NCBI GenBank assembly: GCA_050298055.1
Contig: JBNKTL010000017.1
Span: 26,306-90,305, forward strand
Direction of reading: 5' to 3'
From: Spirochaetota bacterium
GTDB taxonomy: Bacteria; Spirochaetota; UBA4802; UBA5550
DNA: 64,000 nucleotides
Part shown: positions 19,107-28,400 of the stretch, in pieces
Layout of the letters: every line of letters begins with the position of its first letter
Position numbering within the stretch: position 1 is the first letter of the stretch
The notes under the pieces: model-generated
Databases searched by the model: none
Seen by the model: the letters and a program-made list of their open reading frames with translations, nothing else
What the model was told of the DNA's origin: nothing
Translations under genes and position numbers: made by a program

Positions 19107-19666
19107 TAATCGCCCTTTATCTTAAGGGGTATTCCGGAAACCAGCAGGTAGACCTCGTCAGCCATTGATGCCGCAAACTGGTTTGCCCTTCCGGCCATGT
19201 CCCTGAAATGCCTGCCCAGGGGCGTGGGGGGAACAACCCCCATCCCAATTTCGTTGGACACGATGAGACTTTCACCGGTGAAATGAACGGCCCCTTCCAT
19301 GAGCATTTTCACTTCGCTCTCTATCATCTTTTCCGTTTCATGGACCGTGGCGGCATCGGTCCTTTCCCAGTTTATGTTGTTAATCACCATGAGGTTTGAT
19401 ACCATGATTGTCAGGCAGTCCAGGAGAATGTATCCGCGGCCGATGGCTTCTTCGGTAATGATATCTTTCAGGTTCCTGTATGCTTCAACGGTCTTCCAGT
19501 TCCTGTTTCTCTCTTTCCGGTGTCTTTTTATCCTCTCCTTCATCTCGCCGTCGAAGGGGAGGGCTGTTGCGATGTAGAGGACGTCGTTTTTCCCCTGAAG
19601 AAGAGACTCTGCGAAAGTACTCTTTCCGCTTCGGGCTCCTCCGGTTATGAATGTAATTTTACCCAT
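19106..19666 (-). CDS. cobU: Adenosylcobinamide kinase / cobinamide-phosphate guanylyltransferase
   Basis: GGARSGKS, ERIKRHR, LLDCLT, VSNEIGMG. Confidence 0.96.
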   Translation of the reverse strand: MGKITFITGGARSGKSTFAESLLQGKNDVLYIATALPFDGEMKERIKRHRKERNRNWKTVEAYRNLKDIITEEAIGRGYILLDCLTIMVSNLMVINNINWERTDAATVHETEKMIESEVKMLMEGAVHFTGESLIVSNEIGMGVVPPTPLGRHFRDMAGRANQFAASMADEVYLLVSGIPLKIKGD

Positions 19667-19747
19667 GGATTTATCTTTTTAATTATCGGAAAGATTTAAT
19701 AGATGGTACAATAGAGTGTAATAAAATCAAATAATGATACTCTTCAT

Positions 19748-20359
19748 TTATTTCAGATTCAATTTTTCAGCAACTGCTTTACTCATGCGATTAGCTATAA
19801 TATGCTCGCAATAATTAAAATTAAATATTTTATCCATATCCAGTACAAGGTATTCAAAGCTATAACCGTCAGGAGCATCAATGAGAACAGGAGCTGGAAT
19901 TATATTGCATTCTTGCATCTTTTTTGCTACTGCTGGTTTTAAGAGACCTTCTGCAGCGGCAAGAAAAATAAGATGGTTAATGTCGCCCTGTTTTCCGTCA
20001 TAGTCGTCACCTTCTTTATAAAACTCCTGAAATAATTTAAATACAGTTTTGGCAGCAGATGTAAACTTGGTAGATTTGCAGTTATTGTAATCAAATATAC
20101 TGTAGTATTCCCAATCAGCCGGACTGTATCGTAAATCATTGTCAGTTACAAAAGTTTCCTGGTTGACATAGTCTTTATCCTGACGAAAAGAAATTGCAAA
20201 ATATTCCTGATAGGTTGATGGTATAATGTCTAAAGAAACTGCATCAATATATTCATTTAATGATTTTATTTCATCTTTATGTATTTCAAATAAATCCAAA
20301 ATCCCATCTTCAATGATTGGAATTAATTGCGAAATTTTATGTGGTAATTTAATTTTCAT
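19748..20359 (-). CDS. Hypothetical protein, DUF4303-like
   Basis: LRYSPADWEY motif; AT-rich gene. Confidence 0.5.
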   Translation of the reverse strand: MKIKLPHKISQLIPIIEDGILDLFEIHKDEIKSLNEYIDAVSLDIIPSTYQEYFAISFRQDKDYVNQETFVTDNDLRYSPADWEYYSIFDYNNCKSTKFTSAAKTVFKLFQEFYKEGDDYDGKQGDINHLIFLAAAEGLLKPAVAKKMQECNIIPAPVLIDAPDGYSFEYLVLDMDKIFNFNYCEHIIANRMSKAVAEKLNLK

Positions 20360-20503
20360 AGATTCCTTGCAATATATCAGAAGTCTTGATCTGACACTAT
20401 TGTTGCCGTTTTATAGAGTCAAGTGAATTATTGTTCGAGTCAGAGGTGCATGTTTGGACGTAAAACCACTTGAGTAGCCTGCCCGCCGCAGGCGAATCTC
20501 ATG

Positions 20504-21391
20504 TCACTGTTTATCAAGGATTTTCCCTTCAAGGGAAATAGTTTTTTTCCCCTGTGTATATCTTTTAAATACCATCTGTTTTTTATATGTATTGATAATA
20601 AAAAAGGGATCCCCGTCATCAATCGAATAATCACCGCCTGTTATTTCCCATGAACCATCCTTCTTATTAATTATTTTGCAGTTAAAAGCACCATCACCCA
20701 GCCAGCCGTAAATTCTGCTGTTTTTATAAAACAACCTTGCCCTGCAGAGATACTGGTTCTTTTCTTTCCTGAGCCATCCCACATCCAGGTCGCAGAATTG
20801 ATCTGAAAAGCTTTTGGGAAATCCCGAACTTCGGATTATGTGAACTTTATAATCAGCGTGTTTCAGAACCGGGTTCCAGTCCGCCATGAACCAGGCAAAG
20901 ACTCCAATCAAGAGAAATAAAAACAATGACAGCTGCCACATCCTCACAGGCCCTGTAATTTTTTTGTTATGACGGGGTGATTTAATATTTATGAGAGTAA
21001 TTATTGCAAAAGCTGCTGCGCATCCTGAACCTGAAATAATAAACAGCAGGGCAGGCCTGTAGCTGTTTCGCTCCAGAAGAATCTGCGGTAAAAAATATAT
21101 GAGGCTGAAAAAAAGAAGAAACCCTATGAGAAGATATACCAGTATGGGATAAAAATCATTATTAAAGTCAATCTCCGGTCCCTTCTTAAAGGGCGATACA
21201 GGCTGCATATTAAAAAGGATAATTGTGGAGTTGCCTGTGATGAAAGCGGTAAAAACCGATAAAACAACAGGAATGTAGATATCTCCTTTTGCGTAAAACA
21301 CAAAATAGAAAGATATCCCTGCTGAAACGATAAAAAGGAGGATTAAAACAGCCCTTAAAGTTAAGGTAATATTTTTTCTTTTTTCCATCAC
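20504..21391 (-). CDS. Hypothetical membrane protein (about 5 TMs plus a soluble C-terminal domain)
   Basis: Hydrophobic segments in the N-terminal 170 aa. Confidence 0.7.
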   Translation of the reverse strand: MMEKRKNITLTLRAVLILLFIVSAGISFYFVFYAKGDIYIPVVLSVFTAFITGNSTIILFNMQPVSPFKKGPEIDFNNDFYPILVYLLIGFLLFFSLIYFLPQILLERNSYRPALLFIISGSGCAAAFAIITLINIKSPRHNKKITGPVRMWQLSLFLFLLIGVFAWFMADWNPVLKHADYKVHIIRSSGFPKSFSDQFCDLDVGWLRKEKNQYLCRARLFYKNSRIYGWLGDGAFNCKIINKKDGSWEITGGDYSIDDGDPFFIINTYKKQMVFKRYTQGKKTISLEGKILDKQ

Positions 21392-21485
21392 GCTCTATAC
21401 ACTACATTTTGTAAATTCTCTTAAATTAATCAAGCATTCTTCCTGTTCAAGTCATGTGAAAATTAATGTCGGCCGGTTGCTGTTA

Positions 21486-22001
21486 TTATAAAAGAAGTTT
21501 CCACTGGGAAAATGGTAACCACCTTGAGACGTTTTTACTGTAATCTTCCCATTCCCGGCCGAACTGTTCCTTTAAATAAGGCTCTTCGTATTTTATCACT
21601 CTCAAGTGGAATGATATGAAAAGGATAATATCATAGAAAAAAAGAAACGGTGAGAAAAAGTATACGCACCAGCCAAAAACAGTGACAAGAACCCCTGTAT
21701 ACATGGGGTTGCGTACATACCGGTAAAGACCTGAAATGATTAATCTTTTCGGCGGGTCCCAGGGCGCCAGGGTGCCTTTCCCGGTTATGAGGAAGTCACG
21801 AACGCACCATAACAGAATAACAGCGCCAACAAACAGTATGATTATCCCGGGAGTCAGATGACGGCCCTTCCAGGGGTCAAAACGGGCGATCAACGGGGGA
21901 AGCAACAGGGCAAAGATCCCGGGAAGTGAAACAAAGGCGATCAATGCCCTGATGAATATGTGAGATTCTGGATTCGATTTATTATTACCGGAATATTTCA
22001 C
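21486..22001 (-). CDS. Isoprenylcysteine carboxylmethyltransferase / PEMT family membrane methyltransferase
   Basis: GKGTLAPWDPP, GLYRYVRNPMY, YEEPYLKEQFG. Confidence 0.9.
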   Translation of the reverse strand: MKYSGNNKSNPESHIFIRALIAFVSLPGIFALLLPPLIARFDPWKGRHLTPGIIILFVGAVILLWCVRDFLITGKGTLAPWDPPKRLIISGLYRYVRNPMYTGVLVTVFGWCVYFFSPFLFFYDIILFISFHLRVIKYEEPYLKEQFGREWEDYSKNVSRWLPFSQWKLLL

Positions 22002-22019
22002 TGGGTATATTCGCTCTAT

Positions 22020-22721
22020 TCAAAGATTTTTTTGGGAAGAAAAAATTTTAATTTCATTATATCTGTTTAAGGACAGATCATAGTATTCGACCAATGATAT
22101 TGTGTTAACAGAATAATCAAATTTTCTATTGTTAATAATCCATTGATTCAAATATAAACTGGCATTGTTTTTTGCTTTTTCTGTAATTCTTTTAAAATCT
22201 ATAAAATGACCCAGAACAACAGTACAGGTAAACAACCTGTTACCGTCAATTGTACCCTCTTTTATCATTGCTCCAAGTCCCTTTAAAAAAATTCTCATGT
22301 ACGGTATAGCCCTCTCATTTATTAATACAATCTGTGTTGTTCCTGCTGAGCTGCTCTCAATACTTTTAAATGTTAATGAGAAACCATCATTGAGATAAAG
22401 GGATAAAAACCGGTCTAGTAATTTATAGTCACTGTCTAACCATGAACTTCTGTGCATTTTTAATCTCAATTGGTCATTAACAATATCTGTATAGGGCAGT
22501 TCTTTTGAAAGGATTGTTGAGTGATGGTTCTCCTGATTTTGAAAACAATCACCAAATATTTCTTTTAAACCCAAAGATAACTCATTAAATTTATTTTTAT
22601 ATTCGGGAAAATATTTCCAGTCAACTATAAAGCTTTGACCATAGACATCAGTAGATTTATTATACTTAGTCTTTTGGCAAGCTTCTTCATTTAGCGAGTT
22701 ATAAAATTTATTTTCACTCAT
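22020..22721 (-). CDS. Hypothetical protein, possible 2H-phosphoesterase fold
   Basis: HHSTIL (HxT) and a degenerate second motif CTVVLGHF; C-terminal ISLVEY strand; AT-rich. Confidence 0.45.
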   Translation of the reverse strand: MSENKFYNSLNEEACQKTKYNKSTDVYGQSFIVDWKYFPEYKNKFNELSLGLKEIFGDCFQNQENHHSTILSKELPYTDIVNDQLRLKMHRSSWLDSDYKLLDRFLSLYLNDGFSLTFKSIESSSAGTTQIVLINERAIPYMRIFLKGLGAMIKEGTIDGNRLFTCTVVLGHFIDFKRITEKAKNNASLYLNQWIINNRKFDYSVNTISLVEYYDLSLNRYNEIKIFSSQKNL

Positions 22722-22983
22722 AAAGTTTGTTTAAAAAAACAATATTTTCCTTTCATTTATTATAACAATATAAAGATCCCGTCAAATTAAAAATATCAAA
22801 AAAAAGTATTATATCAGGCTGGAATAATTATTCCTATAACCAGATATTATTAATAATAAATATATATTGTTAATATCCCGCATCTTTTAGAGTCCAATTT
22901 AGAATTTTTAAAATTATGTTTGATTTTTTATCTATTATATTTTCGCATTAATTAAAATAACAGGTAAATAATTATAAATTCCT

Positions 22984-23973
22984 ATGCTATACTCGAAAAC
23001 ACCGGAAAAACTACTGAGGATACCAATCAGTAATAAATGTAATTATGAGTGCACTTTTTGCTGTTGGAACCATAAACCGTTCAATCCTATTAAACTCCTT
23101 AATCCCAATGATTACAATATACTGGTTCAGGCTGCAAATATGACAGGTTGTACCCGGATAATGCTTACAGGGGGCGAACCACTTCAAGTCACCAGTAATA
23201 ATACTAAAGAACTTTTTGATATTATTAAATCTATTTCTTCAGTTAAAGGTTTGACCGACTTCTGGCTGCTTACAAATGGCTTTTATCTTAATTCAAGTAA
23301 GTTAATCAGTGATCTAAAACAGGCGGGATTAAAAAAAGTTGTTGTTTCCATCGGAGCTGAATCAAATAAGAAATATAAAGAGTATTCGCAAACAGAATAT
23401 GATCTTGATACAATCCTTAATAATATTACCCTGGCCATCAGGGGTGGTATGCATTTAAAGGTTGATGTACCACTCTCCAGGAGTGGAATAAAAAATTATG
23501 ATGAACTCTTGGTCCTTATTAAAAAACTGGAATATCTTGGTGTACCGGAAGTAGCCTATTTTAAACTTCATAAAACAGCCGAAAACATAGAGGTTTACGA
23601 TTCATTATTCGTTGATGTCGAGAGTATTACTGAAGCTTTCAATGAGAGTGAATTATGGGATCTGAATGAAGATGAGGGGAAACTGAGTTTTTCAAATGGG
23701 AAAATCAGTGTTATTATACCGGCGGCAATAGAGTATAGAACCACCAATTGCGATGAAAACAGTTGTGGGCCCTATTGTCAGGGAATATATGCTGCCTATC
23801 TGGTGTCAGAAGAAGACAAGACTTTTATCAGGGCTTGTCACCATGAATTTAAGGATAAAAGGAATGAATATATAATCGGGAACTGCAAAGGCCTTTTTGC
23901 AAAAGAAAAGATCATAAAAATATTTCGAGATGTCTGGATATATGCATATGGCGAAAATGATATTATTCTTTGA
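22984..23973 (+). CDS. Radical SAM protein, MoaA-like but divergent
   Basis: LRIPISNKCNYECTFC (CxxxCxxC), LTGGEP, LTNG; C-terminal cysteine cluster C-x4-C-x3-C...C. Confidence 0.9.
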   Translation: MLYSKTPEKLLRIPISNKCNYECTFCCWNHKPFNPIKLLNPNDYNILVQAANMTGCTRIMLTGGEPLQVTSNNTKELFDIIKSISSVKGLTDFWLLTNGFYLNSSKLISDLKQAGLKKVVVSIGAESNKKYKEYSQTEYDLDTILNNITLAIRGGMHLKVDVPLSRSGIKNYDELLVLIKKLEYLGVPEVAYFKLHKTAENIEVYDSLFVDVESITEAFNESELWDLNEDEGKLSFSNGKISVIIPAAIEYRTTNCDENSCGPYCQGIYAAYLVSEEDKTFIRACHHEFKDKRNEYIIGNCKGLFAKEKIIKIFRDVWIYAYGENDIIL

Positions 23974-24751
23974 CCTGGATGATACCCTCATTGAGAATGC
24001 AAAATATTTTGATACTGTCAAAAACAATGTCGCAGAGGAATGCCGGAAAAAGGGAATAGAAAAATCAATCAATGAATTAAAACTCTATTTTGATGAGATT
24101 GAGAATAAAAACCATAAGAAATATGGAAAAGGGAAGGATAATTTTAGAAGGTCTTTAAAAGAGGCATGCAGGACATTTGCGAATATCTCAGTTGGAACTC
24201 TCATTGATGAACAGGTCGATTGGCTTGAGAGCAACCTCTTTACACCGATTTACGGGGTCGGAGAGACACTTGAGGCCTTATCAGAATATTTCCCGATACT
24301 CTGTGTTACTCATGGGAACCCGCAAGAACAGATAAATAAGATAGAACGGTCTCACTTGAGCAGGTTTTTCAATTTTAAAGATAAATCTTTAGTGATACTG
24401 GAAAACAAAAGCAGAGAGCAATACTCAAATCTTCTTGAAAGTTTAACGTATGATCCGGAATATGCAGTTATGGTAGGCAACAGTCCGAAAAAAGATATTA
24501 ACCCTGCAAAAGAAGCAGGAATGATAACGGTATTTATACCGAGTAAACACACCTGGCACATGGATGATGAAGATATATCCGGAGGAGATCCTCCAACACT
24601 GGTTGCTTTTTCCATAACTGACCTGAAAGATCTTTTTATGCCCTCTTTCAATTTAAATAAAGGAAATAGATGTATTTCATATAACAGCACGGAAAAAAAG
24701 ATTAGATACAAAGACACAAGCGGCAGAGATAGTACTTTTATAATTCAATAA
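23948..24751 (+). CDS. HAD-superfamily hydrolase
   Basis: FDLDDTL motif I, VTHG motif II, K, and MVGNSPKKDI motif IV. Confidence 0.92.
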   Translation: MAKMILFFDLDDTLIENAKYFDTVKNNVAEECRKKGIEKSINELKLYFDEIENKNHKKYGKGKDNFRRSLKEACRTFANISVGTLIDEQVDWLESNLFTPIYGVGETLEALSEYFPILCVTHGNPQEQINKIERSHLSRFFNFKDKSLVILENKSREQYSNLLESLTYDPEYAVMVGNSPKKDINPAKEAGMITVFIPSKHTWHMDDEDISGGDPPTLVAFSITDLKDLFMPSFNLNKGNRCISYNSTEKKIRYKDTSGRDSTFIIQ

Positions 24752-24769
24752 CCTTAGAAAAAGAATTAC

Positions 24770-25384
24770 ATGATGAGAAAAGTTCTTATCATTACCGGTG
24801 GTAAAAATCCCGGCCATCCGATAGAAGCTCGAAATATTGAGATCTTTCAGGATATCTATGGTGATACTACTGAAATATCATCAATTGACCTCTCTGAGCT
24901 TTCAGTGAGAAAACTTGATGAGTATAATAATTTTATTTTTTTCACATCCCTTGAAGGTGCAAATAACCAGATGCTTAATCATATTTTAGACAGGTCAGGC
25001 AAGCATTCCTGGTGCATGGTTTTTCTCCATGAGGCTGCAATTTTTAACAGGGACAACCATGCATTTTACCGATTCCTGGGGGTCCGGTTCAAGGAGCACT
25101 ATGAATACGGCTCCTTTACGGTCAAGACAGAACGTTGTCCTGTTACAGAAGGTATTGGTGAAAAATTTATTATTGATGACGAATTATACTTTTTTGAAAA
25201 GCCGCTTAATGGTTCCGGTTCTTTTGTTTTCTGTTTTTCAGAAAAGAATGCTCCCCTGGGATTCATAAAAAATGAACAGCCAGGAGGAACATTGATCTAT
25301 ATCGCCCTTGGCCACAATAGAGGGGCATTTACGAACAGAGAGTACAGGCGGATGCTGAAAAATTGTGCCGGCTATTTCATATGA
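24770..25384 (+). CDS. ThuA-like (class I GATase-like fold) protein
   Basis: FLGVRFKEH, PVTEGI..F..DDELYF, YIALGH pattern. Confidence 0.75.
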   Translation: MMRKVLIITGGKNPGHPIEARNIEIFQDIYGDTTEISSIDLSELSVRKLDEYNNFIFFTSLEGANNQMLNHILDRSGKHSWCMVFLHEAAIFNRDNHAFYRFLGVRFKEHYEYGSFTVKTERCPVTEGIGEKFIIDDELYFFEKPLNGSGSFVFCFSEKNAPLGFIKNEQPGGTLIYIALGHNRGAFTNREYRRMLKNCAGYFI

Positions 25385-25401
25385 TTAATATTGGAGGGGA
25401 T

Positions 25402-28400
25402 ATGGGCAAGTATATTAAGGACAGCAGGATTCTGGATGAAGAGGATAAAAAAACAATATTGATTTTTGATGCCGACGATACGTTATGGGAAAGTTCAAAA
25501 CATTGGCGTGATATAAAAATTGATATTGCCCATGAAATCATCAATGTGCTTTTCAAAAACAAAAACAAAATCGTTATGGATTATTTAGATTTGGCAAAAG
25601 AAAAACTTAAGGAGAACAGTGAAGAATTAAAAATTGATTTAAAAGATTATCTTAGGAAACATGAATTAAAAAGTTTTAAAAATAGTATAAAGGAGAAAAT
25701 CCTCATTGATAGAATACAATTATACATTCAACAAGATGATAAAACCGAATATATAAAAGAGTTTATCGTGTCACTTGAAAAACTTGTAATAGATAAGTAT
25801 GATAAGGATTCTTTTAAGATACTCATTGAACTCTTTATAATATATTTCAATTTCAGGGAGGAAAAAAATCATAGCAACAAAGCACGCGGCATCGATAATT
25901 TCAGAACAGTGTTGTTAGAAATTGTCAAAGAATTATTTGATGAAAATGATGAAATAATATGGATTGAATCTTATGTAAATAAAAAAATTCATGAGCTTGA
26001 GTCTATTAGATATACAGCAAAGGACGGTGTGAGATCAGCTCTTTCAATTTTAAAAAAAACACATCACCTTGCGATATTGTCCCAGGGAAGCCCCTATGAG
26101 ATTAATTCAAAATTGAAGACGAGCGGACTCAATGTTTTTTTCGATAATAATAATATAGTTTTAGATTTTAATAAAAATAGTGATTTCAAAGAGTTAAAAA
26201 ATGAAATTCCTCACACTAAAGAAATCTTCTATATTGGGAACAGCCTTAAAAATGATATATTACCGGCATTTAAAGCTGGATTTCGAACCATTTTTTATCC
26301 CAACAGCAACACATGGATAAATGATGATGTTGTCGATAATGAAAATTTTACAGATATCAAAACCTACCTCATACGAACTCCCATGGAGATTATGAGCATT
26401 GTAAATATTAAAAACGAAGAAAAGCTAAAGAAATTGCTAAAATATGATTCTCATACAAAAACAATCAAATACCTGGAAAACGGTAAAACCAATGAAATTA
26501 CCATTTATAATTTCTGCACCCAGAAGGGCTTAATTTTCTGTATTGGCGATTTTATCCATGAAATGTTCGTAATACCCAAAAGTATAGCATATGAATCGGT
26601 GCGCCGCCACTCTGAAATTCACAGGGGTACTGAAAACGATATTTTACCGATTCAGCAGTATGGGGGGGCAATGCTCAGTCAGAGTTTATTAAATGTTTTA
26701 AATACCGGTGAAAACGAATATATTGTTAAATCACCGCCCTGTATTGACGTCAACCAGGCTGAAAGGCTTTATCCGTGGCAGACAGGAACAGTAATAGACA
26801 AAGAGAATAAAGACAGGCTCTACAACCAGCAGATATTCTATCTGAAGAAAAATCAATTTAATGATAACCTTATAGAAAACGGATCAACTTTTCGTGTCGA
26901 AACGCTGCTTACAAGGACATATGCTGAAGATATATATGCCAGGTTGTATAAGTGTATAAAAAACCATAACGACAAAGGAAAACTTGAAACAAAATTATCT
27001 GATTTTTTTGATAATGAGTCATCAATGAACAGCATTCTTAATAAATGCAATAATGATCTATGCATTCATAGTTGTGAGAGAAATTCAGCAGAACATAATA
27101 AAAACGGTTTAATTGAAAAGCTGTCAAGAGAACTTTCAGATAGGTCAGAGGGAAAAACCCAAGATGGTATTCTCTTTAACATATTTAAAAAGAACTTCAG
27201 TTGCTACCATTATAAAAATTGTGATGACCAATTAGAAGATATTTCTTCTCTGTACAGTAATAATGAAAATAGTTACCTGGTAATTGATTATTTTTCGGAT
27301 CAAAATAGAAATAAAAATAAAGATAACATCGCAATCAAAAAATTATTTGAGAATAAAGAGATTAATAATTTTAATACAATTTTCATTAAATGCAACGATC
27401 CCATTGAAGCAATTACTTTGAGTTATAAAATTGATAACATCTGGATAATCGGCAATATAACAAACCTCTTTAATAAATCAGGTACACATTATTATTCATG
27501 GGAAGCGCTTATTGAAGCAGTAATCAAAGAGCTTGAGACATATGAAAATGGATCAATTATTAAAGTAGAAAATTGCTTCAATCTTGTTCTTCTCTGTAAA
27601 AATGAAGGATGCATATATATTGAAAAGAAAAGAAATGAAAATACATTTCATATGCATACCTTTATTGATCCATTCAATCAATACGGCACATTCTCTGCCA
27701 GTAATTATGGATGGGTTGCCGGATTTCAGAATATATTCATCACTAAATTTGTCCATTCATTTGTCTCAGAAAAGTCAATCGATCATGTTAACAGTGTCGG
27801 GGATGCCTGGAAATATGCCAGGGCTGTTTTTCTCCTTGGTTACGGTTCAATAGAATTGATAGAGAATAATGAAATAGATAAAATACCCTCACTAATACCG
27901 GTTGCGGAAAACTTGAAGACAGTGAAAGAGATCATGACCAAATGCGATGAGGAATTAACCGACTTTGAAAAAAAATTCAGAGACTATGTTCAAGATGTTC
28001 TCCAGTATAGTGTCAATGTGGACATGAAAAGAGATGATCAAATGTTCCAACAAGAAGGAAATGAAGGTAAAGTGTACCATTATTCTAAAAACTTTTCATT
28101 ACTCTGTAAATACCGGCTTTCCTTAAAGCAGGCGTTTATTATCTCTGAAAAGATCATTGAATTAGGCCCCGATGCATTAAATAATGATATATATTTTGAA
28201 CCTGGGAAGGAACCAGATAAGAAGATTAGTTTCAGGATACCTTTTTTAAAAATCGGCAACCATATATCGATATTCAGAAAAGAAATCGAAGAGGTAAACC
28301 TGATATATACTGTTATACGCGATTATGTAAAAAGAAAAACAACAAAGCGTCCGCTTTCTATCGCGGTCTTTGGTGAGCCCGGTTCAGGGAAATCGTTTAC

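Noticed and set aside
22984..23973. Calling the radical SAM gene moaA or viperin
   Set aside because: MoaA substrate arginines and the GG tail are missing; the N-terminus is LRIP-type rather than the viperin NYH..CNYxCxFCF pattern
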